Assembly: GCF_009834535.1 (NCBI RefSeq)
Contig: NC_045698.1
Location: 2,110,001-2,174,000 of the forward strand
Source: Camelus ferus
Taxonomy: Eukaryota
DNA length: 64,000 nt
Direction of reading: 5' to 3'
Shown: positions 1 through 13,149 of the stretch, in pieces
How positions within the stretch are numbered: position 1 is the stretch's first letter
Layout: each line of letters starts with the position of its first letter
Notes under the pieces: generated by a model
What the model saw: the letters and a program-made list of their open reading frames with translations, nothing else
Database searches by the model: none
Told to the model about the DNA's origin: nothing
Translations under genes and position numbers: made by a program

Positions 1-3000
1 ATGCTTCCTCCGGGGGCGGCACTGAGTAGAGAGGGCACGTGGTTGGAGGGGTTAAACTGTTCAGCAAGACCGAGGTTTCCAGAAACCCTTTTCTAGGAAA
101 TGCACCCCATCCCCCACTTTACACATGCTCTGCCCTCCTCCTCCCTCCCGTCCCCTCGTGCGCTGGCCAGTGCAGGAGGGTGGTCGGCATCTGGACACAG
201 CGTAACTTAGCCATGTCGTAGTCCATTACTGGTGCAAGAATTCGGTCTTCTGTCTACGTCAGCTAGTTTTCCAATTGACAAGTGACCACTTTTCAGTTTC
301 ATTATCACTTTTCTCAGTGTTTGGCAAATGCTTAGATTTAGATGCCCGAGTTTAATCTGAAAGGTTTACTGAGCTAAATATAGACTCCACATCAAATAGT
401 GTATTCAATCTCGGAGGTCTGGACTGGGTGTGTGCTCAGGAAACAAAAATCATTTTCTTAATAAAAGATACTACTCAGTTTATTTTGAAAAAAAGTCTCC
501 AACTTATAATGTATTTTAAATAGTTTTTTTTTTAATGAATTGGTCCATGCTTCAAAGTCTTTGGTGTTATAATAAACTCTCTCAAAAGACATCACAAATA
601 CACATGAGATGCACATGTGCTTTGAAAGCTGTGTTTGAGGAAGACTTAACCCTTTTTCTGATTGAGATCATGGTTGCTGTTCCCTTTGTGTAAAATATGT
701 CTAAGAATTCTACTTCTCCTACAAAAATAAATGATAAATTATTTATAGATACCAATTATTTATTATTATTTATGCAAAGCTTGTCACATTATGCATGCAT
801 AAGAGGATTAAATCACCGTTAACCCACAATGCCTTTAGGGCCATCAGATGACAGGCAAAAGGTGGCATGTGGGTGTCGCATCAGCAAATATATGCCTTCG
901 GAGCCGCCACAGTGTTTACGAACACGACTGCTCTGATGTACTTAATAGGAAGGGAAATACAGTATCAGAACTGTATCAACCAATGACGCTTATCTGCCTA
1001 ATTCTAAATTTGATTATCCTGGCACTAAATAGATAACTCATCCAAGGACATGCCATGTGCATTATAATGTAGACATAAAATGCCCACTAGTTTAAGCTTG
1101 AAACTAAAAGACACAGATGAGCTCAACTTAAAAAAAAAATGTGCTTTTCCCAAGGCAATGCTTTTGTCATATAATAACGACGTATTACAATCAAGAAACA
1201 GAGATACATCAGGAAAACGCCGAGATGCTGTGACTCGTCGGGGTGCTTCCTGATGGCGCTCTGAATTTCAAGGCAAATCCAGGGAAGGTATTTTTTTTTC
1301 CAAAATACTAATGCATATAAATGAAATTATTAGCAACATTCATTTTTAATGGGAAAGCTAATGGAGGGCTTGCAAAATGATATCACGACCCTTTGATCGT
1401 GTGCAGGAACGCTTTCCCGTTCCTCGGGCAAACATTATATCCAGTGTGATGATGCTAAAGAACCACCCATCTTTGCTATTGACACTTTGATGATGTGGGA
1501 GATTTTAGAGTTCTCCTGGAGGCCTGCGCCCGCATCTGCTGGGTCTGCTGTGCAGTTCGGGCTTGGACAGAGGCGGGCCCTGGAGCAGAGGGGGCGTTCT
1601 GGGGGGGAGGGCCACAAAAAGCAAAAACGACCACCTGTCTATTGAAATAGTTAGCTTACCTGTGGGGTGTTCTGGAGGGGCGAGTTATCTGATTATTTTT
1701 TCCTTGATCAGAATTGCCCCATCACTGAGTGCACATCTGTAGTTGTGTGATGTTTACTGCTCGCTGTGGTCCCGTTTCGAGTCACATTGACTTATTTTGT
1801 CCACATGGGTATCATGCAACTCCGTGATGTTACACAGCAGCATTCAAAATGCTGGAAGACGTGCTGCGTCAGCTCTTGTGCTGGACAGAACCAGCGGGCA
1901 TTCCCATTACGTCACAGCCCCACTTCCCATTATGTCACAGCCCCGCTGTTTTCCAGCCACAGGAGTGACATCCTGCCATCCTGCCAAGACTCACGTAAAG
2001 ACTCGGTCAGCCTTCCACCGTTTTCACCCGTTCCTTGTAAACAGGGTTCGCAGCACTTCTGTTCCTGCTTGGTAATTAGTCCCTCCAGAAGCTCCCTCTC
2101 TCTGAATTATAATAGTACCATTTCTTTGCTTTCAATTTAAGCTCTCTTCGGTTCTGCCCTCAGACAATAGCCTTTCAGATGTAGCGCACTCTTTATATTC
2201 AAGGCAGATATATCCTAAGACCTTGGTGAATCCCCAAATTTACAAATTTCACTATAGAATATAATTCCCCTCATAAAAAGCAGTTAAGTGTAGCTGAAAA
2301 TTTTAAATGGTGTGTTAAGGCCATCCATGAATCAACAGAGAACCAAAGGTATTTATGAGGTGATTAACATCAGTCCTCTCCTGAAGATAAACGACACTGC
2401 ATCAAAACGCTGCTGGAGTCATTTCAACCGTTTGTTTTCTGTAAGTCAGCAGCACTGTGGCGGGGGTGGGCTTATTCTGGGCACCACAGGAATGTTCCAA
2501 GGATGAAGGCATGGGGACATGTTCCCAGCTGACCTACGGTCGGATGTAAGTTTAGCTACCATTGACGGGGCGGGTGCTGTGTGAGAAAACCAAACAGGGC
2601 GGCAGAACGCTGCTCGCCACGGCTGACTGTCAGGACTCCTGGGAGCTGAGATACTGATGCTGGCACCCAGCGCCGAAGGCTCAGATGCGGTTTGTCCAGG
2701 GCAGGGCTCAGGGACCGGAGTGACTTCTAACTCCACGTGAGTCTACATGCAGCCAAAGACGACCCCCAGACCCGTGAGAGACCCATGAGAGACCCGTGAG
2801 AGATGGAGGGGCTGGTTTGCTTTACTGTGAAATGTAAACAGGTTTAACGATAGATGTGCATCTCTTTCTTGCCAGCTCTATGCCACGAGCAGGTGACATG
2901 TGATGCAGGCATGGATGGCACTGTCGCTCACACATCAGCAGAGACCCCGCCCTTCCCTCTGATGGGACGGGAGCTCAGTTCCCGCCGGGGTGTGGAGACG

Positions 3001-5603
3001 CCGGGACCCAGCACCAGGCGCACGGTGCCAGGTGTGCAGCATCTCCCGGCCTTGCTTCCTCCTCGTAAAAGGAAGGCAGCAACCACACTGACTTCTGAGG
3101 GCCGCGGGGGCTCTCCAACGACACGGACGTGCTAGTTCTTCCCAGCGGCTGAACCTTCCCCGTGGGCTGTGGGCGCCTGGCCTCTTCCGGCTTCACTGCT
3201 CGGGTTCTTTGGGTCACGTGCACCAACCACCTACGTAGCCAGCAGCTCTCATCTCACAGGGACGCCTGCAGCGCACGTAAGTGCTCATCACACAGGTGTC
3301 CCCTGGATGGCGTCGGCCGTGACACGGATTAGGACAGCGGGCAGAGCAGGGCGCCAAGCCTCTCCCTGTGTTTGGTATAAACAGCTGGCATTGTTTGCCT
3401 CAAAATCCTCCCAAGCCAAGTAGAACCTGAGTGCCGGCTCCATCCGTGGGCGGCTCCCCAGACACACACAGGCACAGGCACACGCTCGCGGGCACGCACA
3501 CAGTCACGAGCACACTCATGGACACTCGCACACACATCCACTCTCTTCCACACTCGTGGACTCACACACACACACACACAGGGTCCTCTGGCCACACTGA
3601 CCAGCTCCACGTCTCAGGATGCTCTCCTATGCTTGTTAGTTCGTGCTTGGCTTGAAGACTCTGTCTGAAAGTCCAGAAAGATGTTTTCACTTCCTGGCCT
3701 CCCACCGTCTGGCCCAGGACCCCGCACAGACTCTGCCATCTGTGTTTGCTCCCAGACCATCTGGGACCCCGTCCCAGCAGTGGTGCCCAGGCTTCAGTCC
3801 TGGGATCCTTCAGAACAGACAGGGCAGCCGAGGGAGTGAGGCAACCTGCTCAATCTCTCAGCTTGGAGCTGACGGAGGGGATGTTTCAAGACCGGAGCTG
3901 CCCCCAGACCTGCTGTCTAAGAATGCAGAGGTGGACCCACGAGTCAGTGCTGTTCAAATGCTGGTGGATGAGGCGTGTTTCCAGGAGACGGGGGTAGGGG
4001 CATGGAGAAGGGAGGAACCCCTTCAAGGGGTGTGCCCCCCACGCAGCAGCAGGGGCCCAGCCTGCCTGAGGGCGGACGGAGGGGCTCCTCCCCGGCGGGG
4101 CGGGGGCTGCGCACGTGAGGCTGAGGCTAGCGTGTTTCACGTGGGAGGCGCAGGGACTTCATCTCCTGAATCAAAGCTGACATGGCTTTAAGGACCCTGG
4201 ACAGTCCCTTCGCTCCTTAGGAAAAGCAGGTGGAACCTCAGTGCGGTCCATCCAGATCCAGCCGCAGAGTTGCTCACGCTCAGAGCATCCCAACCCCTCG
4301 TTCCCTCGGGGGCGTCCTCGGAAAGATGCACCTGCACCGCCTCGCCGGGCTGCTTGGAGCGGAGAGGGCAGAGGGCCACCCAGTCTCACCCGTGTCCGCC
4401 ATGTCTGTGTCCCCAAAGGGCTGTGTGTGCTCATGTGTGCGCATGTGTGGGGCACACGTGCGTGCGTCTGGGGGTGCAGAATGTAAAACTGTTGCAGATA
4501 CAAACAGGTCGTCGCCTGTAAAGCACGATTCCCCGGATGGCCCCAGCGCAGACGCAGATGCGCAGGCCCGCCGCCTTCAGCCATTCACAAGGATAATTAG
4601 CGCGTGGCGTCTGCTGGGGACCCTTCGAGGGCTAGTGTCCATCCTGTTTGTCACTGTTTCTCTCCTAATCCCCTCTAATGAGGGTTTATGTTAACACGGA
4701 TAAGCCCTCGCTGCGTGCACCCACCCGGCCAGCTGCGCTGATGGAGGACACGCTGCTCCAGTGTCTCCGCCCTTGGCTCTGTGGCCACGGGACGTCGAGG
4801 CCGTCCACAGGAGATGCTCCCAGGGCTCACGCCCACGTCACGGGGTGATGGGTGGCCCCCACCTCCACTTCTGCTCTCCCTGGGGTTCTATTTCTATTTA
4901 CTTTCTGGAGCTGGCAGCTGTCAACGACGTTCTGTCCTGAAGGAAGACACCCTGGGCCTCTCTGCTTTGGATCCTGGCGAAGCCCATCGGCCCCTCCCTG
5001 TGAAGACGGCGGTGACAGCCGGGCTGGGTGGGGCCCCTCGAGGCTGTTCGCTGGAACCCGAAGACCTTTCTGAAGTCAAAATCAAGACTCGGATCTACCC
5101 AGGCTTGGCCGTAAGGGTCTGATCCTCTCGCCTCTCAGCAGCGGTGCTGGGCCTTCCCGTCGCTCTGCAGGACGCGAGGAGCATGTCGGAGGTGGAGACG
5201 TGCAGGAGGCGCCGTGTGGACGGGCTCATCCTGGCTGTGTTATTCATTCAGAGCTCAGATCACAGTGGAAAAGAAGATAAAACGAGTGAATGAGCAAATA
5301 ACATGGGTTTTGTTTGGGGTCAGACTATGGTGGCCTTAAATTAGGGGGCTGCATGAGGTGTATGCTCCCTTGGGTGAGTGGGTGAGAACCCACCCAGCCA
5401 GGAGGCCACAGACTCCGTGGGCTGAAGGGACCTGTCACAGACTCGGTCAGGGTCTCCCAAGCCCCTGGGCGCTCCCCGTGTGCACACGCCCCCCCCCCCA
5501 GGTCACCCCGACACCTCTGTCTGTCCTGGGGGCTCCCTCACACCTCGGACAGGCTGCACAGCCGGAGCGACCCTGAACCCATGATGGACAGGACTCGGCC
5601 AGA

Positions 5604-5999
5604 GTATCAGTTCCCTGTAGACGTGGTAACAAGAGCCAGGCACCGAGGAGGACCTCACACAACAGAGCTGTATTCCAGATGTCAGCAGCCCCATGGGCAG
5701 CAGGGCCTGGCCTCCTCTAAGGCTCCGGGGGAGCCCTGTCTGCCCAGCTTGCAGGGTGGCCGGCAGGCTTCCGCCAGTGCTTGCGTCCCTCCCAGTTCTG
5801 CCCCCTCCTCACGGGGCCTCCCCTCTGTGTCTCGGTCCCCTCTCCTTGGAAGGACCCAGTCCTGTGGGCTTGGGGCATGGTCTCACCTTAACTCATCATA
5901 CCTGCCTAGACCCCATTTCCAAATAAAGTCATATACATAGGTACCCACAGAGGGTAGGGCTTGAATATATCTTTTGGGGGCGCAATTCAACCCACAACA
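5604..5999 (-). mobile_element. MaLR solo LTR, MLT1C-like, decayed
   Basis: Right end ...ccccatttccaaataaagtca...gggcttgaatatatcttttgggggcgcaattcaacccacaaca is the reverse complement of the MLT1 start (TGTTATGGGTTGAATTGTGTCCCCC...); left end gtatcagttcc...gtaacaa resembles the opposite terminus. Confidence 0.75.
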
Positions 6000-7420
6000 A
6001 GGGGACCTCCGTCTCCACACCCCTGGGGAGCTCTGGGTGGAAACCTGCCCAGCCCCCCTCACCCCCCGGGCTCACGTCCCACCCCCCCTGGGCTGGGGCT
6101 CCTGGGGTGGCGTCTCTCACGTAAACCCTGGGCTCAGGGCTTGTATGGAAGCTGAAGCCCACACAGGGCTCTAGGAGCCTTGTTAGTTTAGGAGTGAGGT
6201 GTCTGGGGTCAGACGAACGGCCGTCTGTGGGAAAGTAAGTCACTCGCAGAGCAGGAGGTGACCTGGACCTCAGCATCTGAGGGGTGACTTCTCCCTGCGC
6301 AGGTGACCCACGTGGGCATGTCCAGCACCCAGGTGGGAGGGTGGCTCACACATCACCCACCCAGACCACCGTGCCCCGCCCAGAGCAGCTCTGGGCATCC
6401 ATCCTCCCTCAGGAGCTGGGGACCGAGGGCGGATCTGGGACCCACATCTTGGCTCATCGGCAGGACGGGGCGGTGGTTCCTTGTCCTGACCGGGTGAGAG
6501 CACGTAAGTGATAATTCTCAACAGCAGACGTAATCGCCTTTGTGGAGACTCAGAGCATCAGATACACAGCACAAGGGGAAGGGCAGCTCAGGCCATCCTT
6601 GTGGACGCTCAGAGAAACCGAAGGAAGACTGTTCACACTCTGTCCGGCGGCGAGAAGGCACAGGCTGCGTCCCACAGCCTGTAGGACGCCCCACCTCCGG
6701 CCGGCTCTGGGGGTCAGCTGGGTTAAAGAGAAGGAAGTACGGGTCAGGACCAAAGGCTGGTTTTCATTCCTAATGGGAACTATCCTGTCATCTAAACATG
6801 AGGCTGTCAGGAGGCTCTCCCACGGGAGCAGCACCCCACATCCCTCAGGGACACGCCCCTCCGAGACTGGACGCCTGCCTGGCCCACAGGTGGGGTGCGG
6901 CCACGAGAAAGTGCACGTGCGCAGCGTGTGCCCAGGGCCGGGGCTGTCGCATCCTCTGTAAGACCGTGCAGGGGACGCATGGGTCTCCCTCCACCACGTG
7001 GTTCGCGCGACCGATAGCCAGTTTGCTTCTGGAGAAGGAGACAGAGGTAGAGGACTGCATCCTCGGCTTGCTCGTTTTCATCTTCTTGGCAATGAATCAA
7101 CTTCAAGACACACTTTGCAACATGTCATCTTCTGTCACACGCTGGGTTGAGCTGTCCATCAGGGCAGCGGACCTGTGGCCTGCAGCTTTTATCCCTTCCT
7201 TCCTGGGCCACTTGAGGGGGGCAGCAGGTGTGTGAGAGATGGTCTCGAGGCAGCCTGGCCAGGCAGGAAGGACCCTGCAGCCTTGCAGCCTCTGTCCCTC
7301 CTTCCACCCACGTCCAGCAGCTCAGTGGCTTCCAAGACCGACCGGAAGGTGCTTAGGACACTTAGGGCTGGCGAGACAGTGAAGCCACGCTGGTCCTGAT
7401 GGACCCCTTCCTCCTCCTGC

Positions 7421-7666
7421 TTAATTGAAGCAGAGCTGATTTACGACGTTGTGTTAGTTTCCGGGCGCAGCACAGCGATTCGGTCACGCACATACATAGC
7501 TACTCTTTTTCATATTCTTTTCATTATAGGTTATGACAAGCCATTGAATAGAGTTTGCCGTGCTGTACAGAGGGAGCCTGTTGTTTATCTATTTTATAGG
7601 TAGTGGTGTGTATCTGCTAATCCCAAACTCAATTTATCCGTCACCCCGTGCCCCACTCCTGTAACC
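7421..7666 (-). mobile_element. 5'-truncated LINE-1 3' UTR fragment
   Basis: ttaattgaagcagagctgatttacgacgttgtgttagtttcc...ttgtttatctattttata...ctgctaatcccaaactc is the antisense L1 3' end; it aligns by eye with the copies at 16144, 27808 and 47195. Confidence 0.85.
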
Positions 7667-7811
7667 TCTTCGGTTTTGAGGCTTGTTTAAGCACAGTGCA
7701 TCCTGAGCCGAAAAGCCCCCTCCGGACCCTGAAGGAGGACGTGCAGGGAGCGCCCCTGTCCTCAGTGCTTTGCCAGGAAGTCTTTGCCGCCCACCCTAGA
7801 GAATAACTGAC

Positions 7812-8237
7812 TGCAGTCAGGGTGACCTGTCTCCACAAAGACTCACAGAAGCAGCCCAAGCCTGGTACCTCGGAGCGTGGCTTTATTGGGAAATAGGGTG
7901 TTTGCAGATGGAATCGAGTTTAAATGAGGTCACTGGGGGGCTCTGATCCATGTGTCCTTATGAAAAGGGGAGGTTTGCACACAGACACAGACAGGGGGAT
8001 GGCCGTGAGAAGATGGATGCAGAGACCAGGTGACGCTTCTACAAACCAAGGAGGCCAAAGTTCGCCAATCAACCCCAGAAGCCGGGGAGGGGCCTGAGCA
8101 GATTCTCCCTCAGCCTCAGCAGGAGCCAACCCTGCTGACGCCTGGGTCTTCTGGCTCCGGACTGGGGGGCGATGCATTCCTGCATTTACGCCCCTCGGTT
8201 GGTGGTGGTTATTACAGCCGCCCCGACACGTAATGCA
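7812..8237 (+). mobile_element. MaLR solo LTR, MLT1C-like
   Basis: ggtacctc...tttattgggaaatagggtgtttgcagatg...atgaggtca...ctacaaaccaaggag...cagattctccctcagcctcag...ggagccaaccctgctgac matches characteristic MLT1C/D segments. Confidence 0.8.
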
Positions 8238-11200
8238 CCTGCCCACAGAACAACATAAGTGCATCCTTTCCATGTGTCAGGCACTTTCAGACCGTATAGA
8301 AGCGTTCCACTTTGGACTAACCCGTGTGCAACGTGTCAGCCTAGAACGTGAGCAGAGTGAGATCTCAGTGGACAGGAGGCGCACGTGCAGAGCGGAAGGG
8401 GCAGGTGGGGAGTGCGGGGAGAGCACGTCAAGCAGGGGCTTGGCAGACGAAATACAGGGCTCTCGGCTAAGCTTCAGCTTCAGATAAGTGACGGCTCACT
8501 TTGCACAAGCAGGCCCCGTGCAGCATTTGGGCCACACTTACTCTAAGCAGTCGTTCCTGGAGTATCTGACATTCAGGTCTAACTGGGCTTCCCAGAGACC
8601 AGCTGTCCAAAGAGGGGCGGGGGTGGGGGCGCCGTAAGTGCACAGTGCACTCCAACCGGTTTTAACGAACAGATTCTCCAGCTCTCTCCACCTGGGTGGA
8701 CTCTGGGGTCCCCTGACTCACGTCTGACTGCCACGGGTTCCGTGTGTGGACCCCACGCCCTCCGGGCTGCACGGATACAGCGGTTCCTGAAGCTCAGGGT
8801 GGGAGCTGGCCCAGGCCTGCTGCCCAGAGCTGGGCTCAGGCGGTGAGGGCGAGGGCTCTGGGCACACTCGCTGGACACGGTCCCGCCCAGTCCATCTCGT
8901 GTCAGGAAGCAGTGCACCCCACGGCCTGCGAGACTTTCTCCAGCCCAAGGCAACTTCATGCAATAAAATTATCCACTTAGTAGTCAATGCTTCTGTCAAT
9001 TAAGATGGAGAAGCTCCTTTCGCTAAGCTCAGGATGATGAACACAGGTGTCCCCACAAATGCTAATCCCTACGTTCTGTGAAACCCCATGCGCGTCGCCT
9101 CCTCACAGAGAAGACATTCATCTTCCCACGTGCTTGCCTGCCTTTGCAAGATGACCTCTCCTGGAGAGACCAGCAGGCTACGGGGAGGCATTGTGCCCGA
9201 TCTCACGGGGTTAATGCACTGAAGGCGGATGGCAGGGACAGGCTTAGCGGTCACCGCATTCAGCCTCACCTGCCGACAGCCTCTGGGTCTCCCGAGGTCA
9301 CCCCCGCCCTCCATTCTCAGGTGAGATGCATTTGCTGGGGGCGTCCTCACCCCGCAGGTCCCACAACCCAACCCCGGAGCGCCCGCCCCGCCCTCGGGGG
9401 CTGGGCTGCAGCATCCTGGCTGGAAGGTGCTTGCCCTGCCGCGTGGCAGCCACCAAGGAGCCAGAGGCACCTGCCACAGTCCTTAAAAGCCTCTCTTTCC
9501 AGAATGATAGCGAAACACCCTTGTTACTGCTTTTGTGTGCGTCACAGATTCTCACCCATCAAATGTTTGAATTGTCTGCTGCTGGTCTATACCCTCCAAT
9601 GCATCACCATCGCTCAACATAGAGAGTGCGGAATGGAATCCAAATCGAGGTCTTCAGCTCATCTCTATTCTATCTCTTCTTATTTGTTCCTGCAAATTTC
9701 TCCTCCAAATTACACTGATTTCCATGGGCCTCTGAGGACCATGACTTGGGTGGTGGAGGCCCCGGGTCCAGGCGCAGCAACCCCGTTTTCAACACACCTC
9801 CCAGACCCAAGCAGACACCCCTCACGCAACTTGGGAAACACCTGAAGCCACGGTGCTCAGGACTGGCCCCCGGTGCCCCTGGGTGCGTGTGTGTCCCCCA
9901 TCTCCATCCTGCCCGGCCCATCCTCCCTGGCCCACCCAACGGAGGAGCATCGCCGAGGGCAGGGCCTGGGCCTCCTCCTCCTCCGCACCCTTGCCTGCCT
10001 GGGAGGGGGCAGCGCTCAGGGACTCTGATGGTACGAGTGCGTGAGCACAGGGGAATGTACCCGCCCACCCTGCAAACGCGGTGATTCCATCCTGGTCCAC
10101 GTCCTGTGTGTTCGTCTTGCTTTTCTAAATCCATCGACATGAGAAGCAGCTCTCGCCTTCGCTGCAGCCCCGATGATGTGATCTTACTGTCACCTCTGTT
10201 CTGACACATCCCTGCACTCTCACGTCATGTGACATCCGTGCCCCTTCACCCACTCAGAACTCCGTCCACATTCAGTGCTCTGCCTTCTTCAGCGGGGAGG
10301 CCAGACACGCGCTCTGCAGGCACAGGGTCGATTCTTCTGGGAAGGCTGCAGGGCAGAGTCTGGCTCCCTGGACCCTGGACCACTTCCTGGGGGCAAGCCT
10401 GTGGCCTGTCATCTAGAGGAACCAGCCTCTGTGTCCGGGATCCTGGTCCTGCTGAGGTCCTGCTGAGAGCTGGCTCCAGAAGCTGCCGTGGTCCTCGGAG
10501 CCCAGCCCGCGGGTGGGCTGCGGGTGGGACAAGGGTCAGTGAAACCCATCCTCCCCCCCACCACACTCATTATCAAGGCTGGCGCATCCTGCCCTGCGCT
10601 GCCCACTGCCCAGCCTGCCCAGGGCCGTCCCAGGTCTCTGGAACCTTCCTGTTTGACGCCTGGAGAGCCGGGCCCTCTGCACTTGCCTGCCTCCTGCGCC
10701 CGGCGCTCCGCTCCAGCCCCGCCCCACTCAGGTGTGGCCCTGCAGGTACGCTCTGCTCCCCAAGGCTGGCTCGTCCGTCCTCATGCCTTTCTCGGTCCCT
10801 TCTCTGGGTTCTTGGGAGCCACTTGCTTCCAAGTCTGCTGGCGAAACCAGAGGTCATCATCCTTCTGGGCACCGGCGGTAACCTCGGCAAGGCCGCAGCC
10901 CTCACGGGGTTCTGGAGAGGAAGGTGCATGTGTGCAGCTGTCCGGGGACCACCCCCCCCCCCACCCCGCCACACCGACCACTTCCACCCTTCCCTCCGCC
11001 GGGGGCACAGGCGATCTGAGCAGCTGCTCCCCACAGCCCCTCACCTGCCCCCGCTGGCTTCCTGCCCGTTCCCGGGCCCCTGGGTCGGACTGCGGTCATT
11101 TTCTGGACCTTCTAATGACTCAGCCAAAACGCAGGAGCAGCAGATGAACGACGATTACCCGGAGCCTGGGGCCTCATGAAGTGCCCCTCTGCAGAATTCT

Positions 11201-11645
11201 TTTTTAGTTTAGCCAAAGATGGTTTGTAATTCAGAACAAATGATCTGTAGAGTTAAAGAATGCCACGCGTTACATGCTCCTAGAAAATCTGTATTCTCGG
11301 AGAGGGATCTGCAGGGCCCGCGGCTACCTGCCTCCCCTGCGCCGCGGGCCCCGCCGGCTTGTGCCTGGCGCCTGCTCTCTGGTCCCCAGTGTCGCAGGCC
11401 CAGGCCACCGGCGGGCGAGGCCCTCGGAGCGCCCGCCCCGCGCTCGCAGCGCCGAGCCCCAGCCCGCCCAGGGCACTGCGCTGTGCTAGGCTACGCGGTC
11501 TTCAGGGAACATCCGTGTAATAAGAAGCCCAACCATCCTTGAGCTGTTTTTTCTACAAAGGGAAGTCCTGTTCCTGGAGGCCTTGGGAAGGCCCCCTCTG
11601 GCCATGTGGCTGCAGGCTCCCGAAGCCCGGGGCGGCCCTCCGCAC

Positions 11646-11887
11646 CCCCTCCTTCGTTTCCCTTCCCTTCCCTTCTCTTCTCTCCTCTTCTTTTTTCTTT
11701 CTTTCCTTCCTTCCTTCCCTCTTTCCTTCCTTCCTTCCTTCCATCCATCCTTCTTTCCTTCCTTCCTTCCTTCCTTCTTTCCTTCCTTCTTTCCTTCCTT
11801 CCTTCCTTCCTTCCTTCCTTCCTTCCATCCATCCTTCCTTCCTTCCTTCCTTCCCTCCCACCTTCCTTCCTTCCTTCCATCCTTTCA
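11646..11887. repeat. (TTCC)n/(GGAA)n microsatellite within a ~240 bp polypyrimidine tract
   Basis: Directly visible ccttccttcc... array with occasional ccat variants. Confidence 0.97.
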
Positions 11888-13149
11888 CTGAAGTGCAGTC
11901 GCTTTACAACGCGCCCGTTCCTTCTGGAGGACAGCACAGTGGACCTGGAGATCCTCATCCTAAGGGAAGTAAGCTTTATATTTCTTTTAATTAAGGAGGC
12001 TGTGCAAACCGCCGAGATGAGACCCCAGACAAAGAGCAGTGTGTCCCTCCAGGGACAGTGCCTTCCCCAGCCAGCCGGGGTGCAGGGACAGCTCCCCATG
12101 CACGTGATGAGTCTCCAGGGTGCCGCACGGGTCATCCTTCAAGCTGTGAGGTTCTCCCCACAGGAGGATAAAATGGGACAGATTTTTCCGTCAGCCTGGC
12201 TGACTTCCCCAGTGGGACAGGCTGAAATCACATACTGATAACTCTTATAATTTCCACACCTTAAATAATTTAACGTGAAATCACATAAATAAAATGCTGT
12301 AACTGAGCATAATTCTTTACACATTTTCTAATAATCCTAGCCTTTTAAATTAGCATAATAACACTTAGAATAATCGAAGAATTTAATTGCACGGAGCCCT
12401 GGAATATTATCTGGCGAGGGAGTGCCACGATGCAGCTCTGACGAGCTTTAATTCAGTTGGTTTTCTCAATTTAGTTTTCACGTTAGATCATGCTGCAAAG
12501 GCAGAGACACACAGACAAACCGTGGGGTACAGAACCGTCCATAAGTGCCTACAAGCTTTGCTGAAGATCTCCAGACACACCGCCCTTGAACTTCAGATGG
12601 AGGAGAACTAGTGACTGAACTACTGAGTTGCTCTCCTCTCTGCTGCGTTCTCATGGTTTTCCACACACACTGATGGTCAGTCCTTGATTGTTCTAGGGTG
12701 GACACTGTCTGCTTTTTCCTCCCTCTCCTCACCCTGTCTCCCTCCCTTCCTCCCTCACTCTGTCTGTCCTTTCTTCCTTCCTTCCTTCCATAATGATACA
12801 GGGATGGCTATGTTCAGATATTCACATTCATTTTCTTTAGAGCAGAACCATGTAGTTAATTTAGAAATACGTTGGCTACTGCATGCATTTCACAAATATA
12901 ATGGGAAGAAGCCGTATTCTGCATGAATCTTAGATGTGTAAGTGGTTTCCAAGGTCATTTCAGAGTCCCATGAAAAGCAGACATCACTGGTGAGAAAGGA
13001 TATTTTTCTATATAAAAAGTGAATATTCAAAATTTTTGAATTCCACAAGATACACTAGTGAGGTCAGCAGATTTTCAGTTTCTCTGAGGATTTAATTCAG
13101 AATTCCTTTCATGATCCAGTTTTTCCAACAAATTTTAAAATCACGACAG

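Noticed and set aside
2769..2801. 3 x 11-bp tandem repeat (gacccRtgaga)
   Set aside because: Real but tiny; an ordinary slippage duplication with no evident function.
9078..11179. 255-aa and 316-aa ORFs
   Set aside because: Pro/Arg/Gly/Ala-rich translations with no recognisable domain and equally long overlapping ORFs in other frames, as expected in GC-rich non-coding DNA.
11491..12238. ORFs with EGRK or PSFL repeats
   Set aside because: Translations of the (GGAA)n microsatellite.
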